The notes: a model not told the origin generated them from the letters alone. A stretch of DNA of 63,711 nucleotides, filler included, from Candidatus Babelota bacterium (GCA_017999075.1; 9 parts of 9 records of this genome joined end to end with filler, not necessarily neighbours in it), one strand, 5' to 3'; positions 17,978 to 31,021 are shown, counted from the whole stretch's first letter. Made by a program: numbers and translations.

Positions 17978-19798
17978 ATGTCTTTAAAGAAAAATTATGA
18001 AGAAATAATTAAATCTCTGGGTTTGGTTTTTGGAGATATAGGGACAAGTCCGATTTATACTTTAACTGTTATATTTATGCTTATTAAACCAACTCCCTAT
18101 AATGTTTACGGAATTTTATCGCTTATTATATGGACTCTGTTTTTGCTTGTTATGGTAGAATATGCGTGGCTTGCAATGAGTCTCGGCAAGCATGGAGAAG
18201 GAGGAACTATAGTTTTAAAGGAAATTTTAGTTTCTCTTTTAAAGTCATCAAGACAAGTGGTTTTTGTTACAATACTGACAATTATAGGAATTTCACTTTT
18301 AATAGGAGACGGAGTAATTACACCGGCTATAAGTATACTGAGCGCAGTTGAAGGGTTATTGATTATACCCGGCCTTGAAAATTTTAAACAGGAATTTTTA
18401 ATACTTATTGCTGCATTTATAGCGTTTTTATTATTTGCATTTCAGAATCATGGAACTGATAAGGTGGCAAAATTTTTTGGACCGATAATGGCTTTATGGT
18501 TTTTTGTATTAGGAGTTATGGGATTAATTTGCATAGTTGAGGAATCTTCGGTTTTAAGATCATTTAACCCTTATTATGCTTATAATTTTTTAATAGAAAA
18601 TAAACTCACAGGTTTTTTTATTTTATCAGAAGTTATTCTTTGCGCTACAGGAGGAGAAGCTCTTTATGCTGATATGGGACATCTTGGAAGAAAACCCATA
18701 CTTTATGCGTGGTACATAGTTTTTGTGTCTCTTATATTGAATTATCTTGGACAGGGTTCTTTTCTTTTACAATATCCTGAATCTAAAAATATTCTTTTCA
18801 GCATGTTTTATAAGCACGCTTCATTTTTATATATTCCATTTTTATTTATAAGCATTATTGCGACTATAATTGCTTCTCAAGCTATGATTAGCGGAATGTT
18901 TTCTGTTGTATATCAGGGAATAACAACAAGAATTATGCCTCCTCTTAAAATATGTTTTACTTCTGAAAAAATGAGATCACAGATTTATATCAGTTCGATA
19001 AACTGGTTTACATTATTTTTTGTTATTTTAATAATGATAATTTTTAAATCATCAAGTAATCTCGCTGCAGCCTACGGACTTGCTGTTTCAGGAACTATGG
19101 CGATTACCGGAATAATGATGACATGGATATTTTATTTGAAAAAAAAATATTTTATTACATCTGTTTCTATTATTGTTACTGTAATTAATTTTGTTTTTTT
19201 ATTGTCAAATTCTTATAAAATACCCCATGGCGGTTATTGGTCAATTATTATTGCCTTATTTCCTGCTACAATAATTTTAATTTATATTACAGGTCAGAGA
19301 AAAATGCATAATTTATTGAAACCTTCCGTATTGGTTGATTTTATAAACAAATTTAAAAAGTTTTATGTAAATAATCCTAAAATTAATGGTACAGCTTTAT
19401 TTTTTGTAAGAGACAGGCATACGATACCTCCATTTATAATCAAAACGATGTTTCATAACGGAATAATATATGAAAACAATATTTTTGTTTTGATAAAACG
19501 AAAAAATGATGCGTTCGGAGTAGAAAGCGGATTTGTGGAAGAACATTCAGAACTTGCAGAAGGATTGAAATATTTTGATATTAAAATAGGATATATGGAA
19601 ATAGTAAATATCGAAAAATTGCTTGTTAAAGCCGGGATAGACGGGAAAGTTATTTTTTATTGTATAGAAGATATAATAACTCATAATTTTATTTGGAAAA
19701 TATATTCCATTATCAAAAAAATTACTCCGACTTTTATTCAGTTTTATGATTTACCTACTAATAAACTTCAGGGCATAATTATAAAGGTTACAATGTGA
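17978..19798 (+). CDS. kup: KUP/HAK/KT potassium transporter
   Basis: 'LGLVFGDIGTSPIY', 'GEGGT', 'GDGVITPAISILSAVEG', 'TGGEALYADMGH', 'AAAYGLAV'. Confidence 0.96.
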   Translation: MSLKKNYEEIIKSLGLVFGDIGTSPIYTLTVIFMLIKPTPYNVYGILSLIIWTLFLLVMVEYAWLAMSLGKHGEGGTIVLKEILVSLLKSSRQVVFVTILTIIGISLLIGDGVITPAISILSAVEGLLIIPGLENFKQEFLILIAAFIAFLLFAFQNHGTDKVAKFFGPIMALWFFVLGVMGLICIVEESSVLRSFNPYYAYNFLIENKLTGFFILSEVILCATGGEALYADMGHLGRKPILYAWYIVFVSLILNYLGQGSFLLQYPESKNILFSMFYKHASFLYIPFLFISIIATIIASQAMISGMFSVVYQGITTRIMPPLKICFTSEKMRSQIYISSINWFTLFFVILIMIIFKSSSNLAAAYGLAVSGTMAITGIMMTWIFYLKKKYFITSVSIIVTVINFVFLLSNSYKIPHGGYWSIIIALFPATIILIYITGQRKMHNLLKPSVLVDFINKFKKFYVNNPKINGTALFFVRDRHTIPPFIIKTMFHNGIIYENNIFVLIKRKNDAFGVESGFVEEHSELAEGLKYFDIKIGYMEIVNIEKLLVKAGIDGKVIFYCIEDIITHNFIWKIYSIIKKITPTFIQFYDLPTNKLQGIIIKVTM

Positions 19799-19841
19799 GT
19801 TTAACTATTATAAATTAATAATAAATTGGAGAATATAAATC

Positions 19842-21188
19842 ATGGAAAAATTATCTTTTTTTGAAAAATTGAATTATAGAATCAGAAATTCTATTACGAT
19901 AAAATTAATTGTAATAGGGATATTATTTTTGATCATGCTGATACCTGTATCAATGATTCAGTCTTTGATACGTGAAAGGGAATATAGGCGCGCAGATACG
20001 ATTCAGGAGGTTAGTTCAAAATGGGGAAACGAGCAAACAATTACAGGACCTATTTTATCTATACCGTACAAATCATATTACAAGGAAAACAATAATGATA
20101 AATTAATTACGTTTATAAAATATGCTCATTTTTTACCTGATGATTTGAATATATCCGGAAAGATAAATCCTGAATTAAGATATCGCGGTATTTATGAAGT
20201 AGTTGTTTACAAATCGGATATGAAATTTTCCGGAAAATTTTCGGCTCCTGATTTTTCGGATTGGAATATTGAAGAGAAAGATATTTTATGGAATGATGCT
20301 TTTGTTTCAATAGGAATATCCGATATGAGAGGAATAGAAGATTATATTAATATGAAATGGAATAATGAAATATTATCTTTCAATCCAGGAATAGAAACTA
20401 AAGATATTATTTCGTCTGGAATAAGTTGCAGGTATCCTGTAAAAGATAAAAAAATGATTTATGAATTTTCTTTGGATATTAAATTGAATGGTAGTCAAAA
20501 ACTTTATTATACTCCGTTGGGCAGAGAAACATTTGTTAAAATTAGTTCAAACTGGACTACTCCGAGTTTTGATGGAGCTTACTTGCCTGATAACAGAAAA
20601 ATTACAGAAAAAGATTTTGAAGCAGAATGGAAAATCCTGCATTTAAATAGAAATTATCCTCAAAAATGGCTTAATAATTCTTTTAACGTTAATGATTCTG
20701 AATTTGGAGTTAAACTTTTAATCGCAGTGGATCAATATAAAAAAAGTATGAGATCAGCCAAATATGCTTCAATGTTCATATCTTTGACTTTTTTAATGTT
20801 TTTCTTTGTCGAAGTTATGAATAAGAAAAAAATTCATCCGATCCAATATATTCTTGTCGGACTTGCATTATGTATATTTTTTACATTACTATTGTCGATT
20901 TCAGAACATATTAATTTTGATTTATCTTATCTGATATCAAGTTTAATTATAGTTTTTGTTATTACAGGTTATGCAAAGACTATTTTCCAAAAAAATAAAT
21001 TAATTGTATTGCTGGCTGGTATTTTAGTGATACTTTACGGATTTATTTATACGGTTCTGCAGCTGGAAGATTATGCGTTATTGCTGGGGAGTTTTGGATT
21101 ATTGATAATTATTTCATTATTGATGTATTTTTCGAGAAAAATTAATTGGTACGATTTGGAATTAGAAGTCAACAATGAAGAAAAATAA
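19842..21188 (+). CDS. creD: Inner membrane protein CreD
   Basis: 'QTITGPIL', 'RYRGIYEV', 'PSFDG', 'RSAKY', '[13 protein letters not shown]', 'LQLEDYALL'. Confidence 0.93.
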   Translation: MEKLSFFEKLNYRIRNSITIKLIVIGILFLIMLIPVSMIQSLIREREYRRADTIQEVSSKWGNEQTITGPILSIPYKSYYKENNNDKLITFIKYAHFLPDDLNISGKINPELRYRGIYEVVVYKSDMKFSGKFSAPDFSDWNIEEKDILWNDAFVSIGISDMRGIEDYINMKWNNEILSFNPGIETKDIISSGISCRYPVKDKKMIYEFSLDIKLNGSQKLYYTPLGRETFVKISSNWTTPSFDGAYLPDNRKITEKDFEAEWKILHLNRNYPQKWLNNSFNVNDSEFGVKLLIAVDQYKKSMRSAKYASMFISLTFLMFFFVEVMNKKKIHPIQYILVGLALCIFFTLLLSISEHINFDLSYLISSLIIVFVITGYAKTIFQKNKLIVLLAGILVILYGFIYTVLQLEDYALLLGSFGLLIIISLLMYFSRKINWYDLELEVNNEEK

Positions 21189-21192
21189 TTTT

Positions 21193-21317
21193 TAAAAATT
21201 GCAGTAAAATATCGCTGTCATGCGCCCCAATCGCTTTGCGCAAACCAATTTCGCGGGTGCGCTCAGTGACAGAAACCAGCATAATGTTCATAATGCCAAT
21301 GCCGCCCACCAGCAGGC
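21193..21317 (-). other. GC-rich foreign fragment encoding part of a MacB/FtsX-family ABC permease (probable chimeric contig end)
   Basis: Minus strand reads [41 protein letters not shown]; visibly more GC-rich than the flanking DNA; similarity stops right next to the creD stop codon. Confidence 0.8.
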
Positions 21318-21417
21318 NNNNNNNNNNNNNNNNNNNNNNNNNNNNNNNNNNNNNNNNNNNNTTAATTAATTAANNNNNNNNNNNNNNNNNNNNNNNNNNN
21401 NNNNNNNNNNNNNNNNN
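21318..21417. other. Artificial contig linker
   Basis: N44-TTAATTAATTAA-N44. Confidence 0.98.
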
Positions 21418-24400
21418 CAGTTAATCCTTCTATAAGCAAATCATTTATATTTACCGGTTCTGAAGGTTTAGCCATTATTGCAACAGCTTTTTTACCAGAC
21501 AAAGTTTCTCTTACTACAATCGTATCTCCTTCTTCTACTCTAATCTTATTTAAAGCTGGAAATGTAAATCTATCAATTTGAAAATAACCTCTATAAACGC
21601 CGGTATGAATTCCTGATTCGCTAACTTGAATTAAAAACGAATCTGATCTTGGAAGCCCATTCGGCTGGAAAGCTTCAAGCACAACTGAAAAATTATCAGC
21701 AAGCAATGGATTCGCATCTTTGCCATTTACTTCAAAATTAACATATTCTCCCAATATAGGAGAGTACCCTGAACCTTGAGGTCCGGAAAAATCCGATTTA
21801 ATAAATTTTATAGAATTTATAAAATTAGGTTCACTATAATTTAAAACTTCCCTCTGAACAAATCTTACAGAAGGATTTTTAAAATAATTATATCCGGCAT
21901 TAACATAAGGCGTAAAAGTTATTATAGAACCATATGTGCTTTCAAGCAAATCAAGAGTTTCGTTTGATGATACATCAAGTTTCATAACTCCTCTGTAAAT
22001 TTTAGTATTCTTACCTGTTTCAGAACATAAAATATGTATGGTATCATTTCCGTTGGTTGCCTGCAAAATCACGGTATCTTCAATAAATTGAGAACTCGAA
22101 TAATTTAAATCTGAAGTATCTCCTTCAATTATCGATATAAACAATTGTTCATTCAATACAAATTTTCCTAAAATCAAATCTGAATAATTATTATCTCTAT
22201 AAAAATTAATCGAATTTATCACAGACGGCGATTTCGGTTCAGGATTGAATACCAGAACAGTATCCGACAAATTTTGATTAATATGCCATCTTGCAATCAA
22301 TGTATCTCCTGCGTCAATATTAATCAATGGGGGTATTGCAAATTTATTCGTCGGCTGAAAATTGGTGGATGATAATTGCGCTATACCCTGGTAAAATCCC
22401 GAAGTTTTTTCAGTTTCATACAATATTACAGATACAGAATCAGTTGGAATTATTGACCCTTTTGGAATTTTATATAAATAAACAAGTGTCGTATCTCTCA
22501 ATAAAGTAGTACCAATACCTCCAAAAGCTTGAATATATAACGTATCTCCAAATGTCACATTGCCGCTTAAATTCTGTAACAAATCAGGAGAACCGTTAAA
22601 ATCCTGTTTAAAATCCAAAAATGTCAGGTATGACGGTTCTTCTTCTATTGCCACCTGTGCAGTATCCCAATATGCAATATTATTATAATTTGAAATTACC
22701 CTGACAAGTATAACGTTCCCTTCGCTATGTTTTAATAATTGCTGATAAGTATCACTCACATTGCTTAATTGAAGCCAATTGCGGTATTTCCCGCTATTTT
22801 TTGAGGTTTCATATAAATTTACAGAAACCTGACCCAATATATTATTCCTAAAAATTGTATTTTCGCTATAAAATGCAGGACTGTCAAAATAATTCAATGG
22901 AAATGCCTGGAATATTGATTTTGACAATGTATAAACATAAACAAAATTATCTGAAGTATTATCTACAAGATCCGGATTCCCATCCAATCCATTTAGTTCA
23001 ATATAAATTTTTTCATTAGTAAGAACTTTACTGCCGGAATAATTTTTAAGTAATTCATCAAATTCACTATTCATAAACTTTACAGAATTTATTTCTGTAG
23101 GATTCGCTTTATTTACTATATAAAAACTTATTTCCTTTTCTCCTATAACAATATCCGATTTTATATATACGGAATTACCATAATCTACTCCAAGTGTTTT
23201 TGATGTGCTTGAACTCTGAAGTCCAAGATTAGCATATCCCCTATAAATTCCTGCTGTCGGCGCAATTTCAGTTAAAACTATTGTTACAGTGTCATTACTA
23301 TAGTTCGCATTCAATGTAACTGCAGTAGTATCATTTATAATATTATTCCCGAAATCATCGCTTCGCGCTTCTATATAAATAACCATTTCTCTCGGAACAT
23401 ATTTTCCAAGTATGCTGTTAGAATATGTTATATCTCTAAAAACATTCAAACTACGCAACTGAACAGGAGACATCGGCTTTGCCATATATGTAAAATCTCT
23501 AAATGAAGAAGCGCTGGTTACAAATGTATCGCTTACTTCAATCGTATCTCCAGGATTACCTACTATTAAATTATTATTTTCCTGTGACCAATACCATATA
23601 CGCGGCTGAGGTTCGGGAGAATCAACCCTGTATATTTCACTTCCAACAGCTGTTTCACGAAGTGTAATTTCAATATAAGTATCGTTTCCTGTAGAACCTG
23701 CCAAATTACTTGATTTCACATAAACAGTTATTGTATCTCTCAAAATAGGATTAGATAAAGAACCTATAATCTGCGGATATAAAAAATCCTCCATTTTAAG
23801 ATTTTTTCCCGATAATGGCTCTATATACTTATCATCTTGAAACAAAGTTATATCTTTTACCTGCGGGCTTCTGTATTGAGCTACTGTCAAAGTTTTTGTC
23901 CCATAATCGTTATCTGTAGTCGGCTGCATAACATTTTGATAATATACAGGACAATTTGAAGCTGATATATTCGGATATATCAGTATTGTATCCCCGCGTT
24001 TTCCATAAAGTAAATTCAAATCAGGAGATGATATAGATGACAGATAAGGTATATTTAACATTGTTCTATATATATTAGAATTATTCGATGTTTCAGTCAT
24101 TTCTACAGAAACTTTATATGGAGGCTGAGAAAGATCAGTTCTATTTTCCAAAGTTATTAAAAAAGTATCAACAATTTCATCATTCAAATATGGAATGGTG
24201 TCATTATAAAAAGATCCTTCAAAATCCCAGGCTTCGGCTTCAATATAAAAATAGTTGAACGGTTCCTCGTAAGACACTTCTGATATGTTACCGCCTGAAA
24301 AAGTTGAATTCCTGTATACTCTGATTTGTTTCAAGCGTGTCGGCGCAATTTCTATGGCAGCTCTTGTTTTATAAACAACCGGATTACGCTGCGGATCTAT

Positions 24401-27400
24401 ACTCGGTTCTATTGCAATAATTTCAACAGTGTCTCCAGGATAAACATCAAGAGAATCTATTCTTTTAACAGTAACATTTCTTAAATCCCTAACTTCCATT
24501 TGTCCTCGAAATATGCCTGAATGTATCTCGGTTTCCCATAAGATCAAATCAAGATTATATGTATCATTTGTAGATTGAACCCTTACTTTCACAGTGTCTG
24601 AAAGAAGATTGCTGCTTGTTAATTTATCAGCTTGAGCTTCAATATAGATATATTTTCCTGCAGACTCGTCTCCCCATTTTATAGGAGATAATTTAGTGGT
24701 GGAATAATACGGATCAGTTTTTAAGGTAATACTGTAAATATAATCTGGTGTACGCATAGTGGCAGTTTGTACTGAATCTGAAATAATTTCATTATATTTT
24801 TTCCCTATACCGGCTGCTCCCCAGTATGAAGTATCATAAGGTTCAAGATATACAAAATCATTCTGATTATTTTTTAACCAGTTTTCTATATTATTCTTTG
24901 TATGCGATAATAAAACTCTGCCCACATATACTCCAGTATGTTTTCCTGTTTCTGTTAAATTGACTATTAACTGAAATTCACCTGTTCCTGAATCATTCTT
25001 TTCTCCGTTCGAAGATGTCAGTAAAACAGCAACCTGATCTTCTGTATAAGGAGAAATATCATTTCCCATAAATCTTATATTTAAATAATCTCCTCTTTGC
25101 ACCTGAATCTGTTTATTATAAGGTATCTGAAAACCCGGTTCTGTAAACTCAAGTTTATTCATTGTCGCAGGTAAAACCGGATTTGCCACAACAAGAGTTG
25201 TTAAAATTGACGTATCCGTTTTAGAAATCACATATATTGTATCTCCAAAATTCACTCCCAATTCATCCAGAGTATCATTTGTTCTTGTTTTAATATTAAC
25301 CTCTCCCCGAAATTTGGAAGAAGATTTTTCTGTTTCATAAACACTAACTTCTATTCTATTATTTATTTCCTGTGTCCAATCAGAAATATTTCCAGAAACC
25401 AAAATTACTTCAGACATATCAGGAGAGAGAGAATTAATATCAGTTGCAGTTAATTCAATATATAAAACATCATTCAATCCAACAGGTTCTGTTCTGTCTG
25501 TTAAATAAGTATAGTTACTTTTTACTCTGACCGCGATTATATCTGCCGGCTGTATAGTTTCGTTTTCAATAAATATAATATCGTACATGTTGGTTTCTGT
25601 ATCAGAAATTGTATATTCGTCAGCTATAAATTGCCATTTCGTTCCAAATACATCTCCCCATATCCATCCTCTTCTTCCGGGTAATCCGCTGAAATTAAGC
25701 GGATTTGGAGCCCCTGTCCTATATCCTGCATATTCAGATACTACAATCGTATCTCCTTTAGCAAAAGCGTTTATATATTGTAATCCCGCGTCTGTAAAAT
25801 TATTTATTTTTACCCAATTTCTATATCTTCCTGAATTCAAACTTGTTTCCCTTAAAGTTAATGGTATTCCTGCCGTATCTTTATTAGATGTTACATAAAC
25901 TATAAAAGTATCAGCGATAAGCGGATTAGCGTCTAATCCGTTAGCTTCAATATATACAATTTGATTGGCAAGAGTTTTATCTGTTAAAAATTCATTATAT
26001 AAAGAATTCATGAATTTCATACTTGAAACTATAACAGGACGTTTGTTATAAGTCGTATGTATCTGCCAGTTATGCGAATCCGGAGCAACTGCAGAATAAG
26101 CTTTGATTATATTATTATATCCTGCTCTCAATAAATTTCCAGACTGGTTGGTGGACAGCATTGTCAAAGTTATAAAACCCTGAAATTCACCAGAACCTCT
26201 TCCGGTCTCTATCAAATCAACATATATCTGTTCGTTATTATTAAGATTTTTCATTATTACGCGTGTAGTATCAACTGTAAAACTATTCTGATCATTTGCA
26301 ATTACTTCAATATAAATTTTATCATCAGGCAAAATTTCAGTTAAATTCTGGTCAACAGCGCTTACATAATCAGATTCTGTTATCCTTAACGATATTATTT
26401 CATTGGCAGGCGGAGTGATAGGTTGAAGTCCCGCAGTTATCAGAACACTGTCAATTTCCGAATAAGATTTTGGTGCTCCTAAAGGCGCATTTACAAATGT
26501 CTGATCATTATCTTTCCATATAATAAATAATGTATCCCCATTATTTATTGACATTATTTTAGGAACAGCATCAGGTCTTTTTACATCAGTAGGAGATTGT
26601 CCTAAATTAACCCTCCCTCTGAATTCTCCGGTAGTCATTCCTGTTTCTTTAAGCGTCAAAACTAAAGAATCAGAGACTATTGTATCGCCGGCCAGAACTT
26701 TATATAATATAACATTTACTTCATCAGCTAAAACAGGCGAACCTATATCTCCAAAAAGCATTATATACAAATTATCTCCATAAGTAGCATAATCTCCCCA
26801 GTTTGTATTATAATCATCTGCTCTGTAATTTAAAAAAGTAATATAATTTAAAATTTGATTGGTCGCTATTTGTATTGTATCACTTTTAAATGAAGTTGTA
26901 TCAAACTCAGTCCCGTTATTATATAAATACGCTAAAACAATCAGTGTATCGCCTTTATAAGCTTTTATAAATCTTTGATTAGTATCATTATAATCTCTTA
27001 TATATGCAGTTCCCCGGTAACGCCCTGAATTTTTTTCAGTTTCATTAATTCTTAATTTTAAATATCCTCTCGAATTATTAACTTGAAATTGACCAGTATC
27101 TTTAACAATATTTATTGGTTGATTATAATCTACGCTATAAATATATATATCCATATATTCTGCAAGCTGAGGATTAGCATCTTCACCGTTTACTTCAATA
27201 TTTAAAGCTTGACTGCGGGAAATTTTTCCTGTTGTTTGACTCAAATTATCTTCAAATAATTCATCTTTAAAATAAACATTATTCAAGCGAAGCGGAGAAT
27301 GATTTGACACAACTCTCATAACTTTAGGATAACTGCTTACAGGTTTATTGGTATCTGAAATATTGTCTGCACAGTATACGCTTATTGTATCACCGAGAAA

Positions 27401-28438
27401 CACTCCCAGTTCGTCAAGCGTATCGTTTGTAGAAGGCTTCAATTTCATGCTTCCCCTGTAAACCCCTGAATTTCCGCCTAATTCATATAATGTAATTATT
27501 ATTCTGTCGCCAGATCTTAAATTTTCAATCACAAATGGAGTAGTATCTCTGACAGCATTATTTCCAACATCTCCACGGGCTTCAATATATAAATTCGCAT
27601 CATCTGCTATTACTCCCAGATCAGATACAGCCTGGCTATAACCAGAATTAATGAATACATTTAAATTAAAAAATGAAATTGGAGAGATCGGCGCTCCCAT
27701 TCTTGTAACGTCAATCGGATAAGTATCGAAATACGGATATACTGATTTATATGGTGTTACTGAAATTGTATCTCCCTGACCTGCATATAAAAAATTACTG
27801 TTATCAGCGCTGAAATAATAAATTTTAGGGACAGGTTCACTCCCTGAAACTCTGTAAATTTCACTTCCGACTTCTGTTTCAGTAAGCATAATCTGGATGC
27901 TGTCACTATTGGCTCCATTTAAATTTCTATGTAAAACTACCATAAACGTATCAACTAAAATACTGGCAGAATTCCTGCCGACTAATTGTATATAAATATT
28001 ATCTTCCATTAACAAATTCAACCCAGCTAACTCACTGGTGTAGCTGTTATCAGTAAAAAAACGTATACTTCTTATCTGTGTGGGCTGACGATATTCAGAA
28101 ACAATCAATTCTATCGGGGATCTAAATGCAGTATCTTCAACATTAGCAGATATAATTATTGTATCTCCGCGTGAAGATTCAAGTTCTATTGTCTGTAATG
28201 CCTGCTCATTAACTATATAAGGGTTTTCAAGCCAATTTCTATATATATTTGTATTTTTCCCTGTTTCAATTAAAGTTATAGGAACAGTGCCTCCTAAACC
28301 ATTTAACCCAATTCTTGAAGTAATCAATAATTCAACTGTATCCTCCAATTCATCATTTGCATAAAGAGTAGTATCAGTTAAAGTCCCTGCTAAATCATAA
28401 GCTTCAACTTCAAAATACATATACCTGTAATTTGGTTC
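21418..28438 (-). CDS. Internal fragment (>2300 aa, open at both ends) of a giant repeat protein, probably surface-exposed; 17 beta-rich modules of ~130-150 aa
   Basis: One frame spans the whole contig. Recurring module 'P..I..L.F....Y...IYIE..G.D.N....DT..V...D.I.V.L.ET...SG.YRG...GDTI.V'. Confidence 0.9.
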
Positions 28439-28538
28439 NNNNNNNNNNNNNNNNNNNNNNNNNNNNNNNNNNNNNNNNNNNNTTAATTAATTAANNNNNN
28501 NNNNNNNNNNNNNNNNNNNNNNNNNNNNNNNNNNNNNN
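28439..28538. other. Artificial contig linker
   Basis: N44-TTAATTAATTAA-N44. Confidence 0.98.
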
Positions 28539-28539
28539 A

Positions 28540-29487
28540 ATTTCTCTTTTTGGGCAGGCTCACGGTATCCCGTCCAGCATCAGAGAATTAAGTTTGTCAG
28601 GAAATTATTTGCCTGAATCTGAAGATTTATTAAGATTTAAAACAGGCGTGTATTTCAGTAAATCAACCAGATTTTATCTTGTAAATCACGATTTGGTAAA
28701 ACCGTCAAGTTATAATGATTATAACAGATATGGAATGTTTTTTGAACTTGATAAACGAATCAAAGACAGCGTAATAGGCATATCTATTCCAATTACAAGA
28801 AGTGAAGCGTATCGTAATAAATCTTATTACCCTGTAGGAGATTATGTTTTGGAAAGAATAGGAGATATTGGATTAAAAGCTGGTTGGGCGCCTTATTTAA
28901 CAGATAAAAGTATTCTTTATTCAGAATTGAAATTTGAAATCGCAACTCAAACTGACCGGGCATTTACTGATCCGTTTATGTATATAAGTAATGATGGACA
29001 TTATGCTCTGTCAGGAAAAGCTGCATATAATAGAATTTTTTCAAAGACATTTAATATGTTTGCAGATATAACTTTTGTAAACCGTCTTCCTAAAAGAAGA
29101 ACAATGATAGAAGGCGCCAGAGCCCTTGCTATAGCCGGAAATACCAATCCTGAAATAAAAGCCAAACTCAATATAAGAGATTATCTGATTTTTTTTATAG
29201 GCGGAACATATAAACATAATTCTCTGAATTACAGTTTGGGATATGAATGGTTTTATGAAACAAAAGATAGGGTTTCTGATATTGAAAGCGAAGGAAATGC
29301 ATCTGTGGAAAATGCAGTATTATCTTCTGTAGGTTATGAAGATGCTTTTGTTAACAGTGTAATAGGTTCATTGGCGTATGAAGTTAATGAAAAGTCGAAA
29401 ATATCTGTTTTTGCTAAAATTCCGTTTCAGGGTAGTTACGCGTATAACGAAAAAATATTTTCTTTAATTTGGGAAACCAATTTTTGA
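28540..29487 (+). CDS. Putative outer-membrane beta-barrel protein (start lost at contig edge)
   Basis: Frame open from the contig start (ISLFGQAHGIPSS...); amphipathic beta-strands; ends 'FSLIWETNF' with terminal Phe. Confidence 0.6.
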   Translation: MSLFGQAHGIPSSIRELSLSGNYLPESEDLLRFKTGVYFSKSTRFYLVNHDLVKPSSYNDYNRYGMFFELDKRIKDSVIGISIPITRSEAYRNKSYYPVGDYVLERIGDIGLKAGWAPYLTDKSILYSELKFEIATQTDRAFTDPFMYISNDGHYALSGKAAYNRIFSKTFNMFADITFVNRLPKRRTMIEGARALAIAGNTNPEIKAKLNIRDYLIFFIGGTYKHNSLNYSLGYEWFYETKDRVSDIESEGNASVENAVLSSVGYEDAFVNSVIGSLAYEVNEKSKISVFAKIPFQGSYAYNEKIFSLIWETNF

Positions 29488-29508
29488 CAGCAATATTTTT
29501 TTAAAGTT

Positions 29509-30963
29509 ATGCGAAGATTATACGAAATAATAATATCCGGCAAATTATACATATATTTTTTTTTATGTTTTAATCTAATAATTGTTTCTTGCTGCACCAC
29601 AAAAAAAAATATAGGGACAAAAGTTTTTTTTCAAGAAGATTCTAAACAAAAAATTGAACGAATATTGACTTCTGACAGATTAAATCAAACAAATTGCGGG
29701 ATTTATGCGGTATCTTTAAAAACCGGAAAAATAATATTTGATTATAACTCTGATAAATTATTTATTCCTGCATCCACATTAAAATTAGTCACTTCTGTAT
29801 CTGCATTAAAAATTTTAAAACCTGAATACAGGTTCAAAACAGAATTTTTAACTGATGAATTTATAGATAAAAAAACCATTTCTAATATTTATTTGAAAGG
29901 TTATGGCAATCCTGAATTCAAATATTCTGATTTGGAGAAAATTGTAATTTCACTGTCAAAAAAAATAAGTAAAATTCAAGGTAATATAATAATTGATAAT
30001 ACATATTTTGATAAAGTTCATTACGGAAAAGGATGGATGTGGGATGATCTGGCGCTTCCGTTCAGCGCTGCTGTTTCAGCATTGAATATTGAAGGCAACT
30101 GCATAGAAGTTTCGGTTGCCGCTAATGATTCGGATATAATAGATATATCGATTTTTCCTGAAAACGGTTATATAAAAAAAATATGTGATATAAAAGATGG
30201 GATTAACAATATAAAAATTAATAGATTGGAAAAAGAGTATAATGAAATTTTTGAATTTACCGGCACATTTCCCTTAAATGAAACAAAGGTAATGTATTGC
30301 AGTGTTATAAAACCGGAATATTTTTTTGCTTCAAATTTTAAACATTTATTACAGAAACATAATATTGAATTTTCCGGGGATATTATAGAAAAGAAAATTC
30401 CAGATCAGGCTGTTTTACTTGAAAATCATTTTTCAGAATCATTAACTCTGATAATACATAATTTTTTAAAATATAGTGATAATCTTGCAGGAGAATGCTT
30501 ATTAAAAACAATAGGAGCTGAATCTAATCAAACTCAAGGGAGCAATTATAATGGAATTTTAACTGTTAAAAATTTTATAAGCAGTATAGGAATGGATTCT
30601 GATTCATATAGAATTGAAGATGGTTCAGGGTTGTCAAGATATAGTTTGGTATCGCCAAAATTTATGGTGAAAATATTAGATTATGCTTACAGAGATTATA
30701 CAATATATTCTGAATTATCGGCAGGGTTACCGGTTTCAGGAATAGATGGATCATTAGTGAATCGTTTGAAAACTGAAAAATCGGAACGTAGGATTAGAGC
30801 CAAAACAGGATATATGTCTGGGATAAGATGTCTATCAGGATACGTATTTACAACATCAAATGATATAGTAGCTGTTTCAATAATGATGAATGGGATAGTT
30901 GGTTTAACAAAACCGCTGGCTGATATTCAAGATGAAATTTTAAATGTTATAATTGAAAATTAA
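29509..30963 (+). CDS. dacB: D-alanyl-D-alanine carboxypeptidase/endopeptidase (PBP4, peptidase S13)
   Basis: 'PASTLK' (SxxK), 'GWMWDD', 'SDN', 'DGSGLSR', 'AKTG'. Confidence 0.95.
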   Translation: MRRLYEIIISGKLYIYFFLCFNLIIVSCCTTKKNIGTKVFFQEDSKQKIERILTSDRLNQTNCGIYAVSLKTGKIIFDYNSDKLFIPASTLKLVTSVSALKILKPEYRFKTEFLTDEFIDKKTISNIYLKGYGNPEFKYSDLEKIVISLSKKISKIQGNIIIDNTYFDKVHYGKGWMWDDLALPFSAAVSALNIEGNCIEVSVAANDSDIIDISIFPENGYIKKICDIKDGINNIKINRLEKEYNEIFEFTGTFPLNETKVMYCSVIKPEYFFASNFKHLLQKHNIEFSGDIIEKKIPDQAVLLENHFSESLTLIIHNFLKYSDNLAGECLLKTIGAESNQTQGSNYNGILTVKNFISSIGMDSDSYRIEDGSGLSRYSLVSPKFMVKILDYAYRDYTIYSELSAGLPVSGIDGSLVNRLKTEKSERRIRAKTGYMSGIRCLSGYVFTTSNDIVAVSIMMNGIVGLTKPLADIQDEILNVIIEN

Positions 30964-30973
30964 TTATTTTTTA

Positions 30974-31021
30974 TTTCACACTTTCCAATTTTCCAAATTT
31001 GGAAAGTTGGAAAGTGTGAAA
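30974..31021. repeat. 48-nt near-perfect loopless palindrome (REP-like or hairpin) between dacB and acs
   Basis: tttcacactttccaattttccaaa | tttggaaagttggaaagtgtgaaa; one mismatch, a G-U pair on the + strand. Confidence 0.85.
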
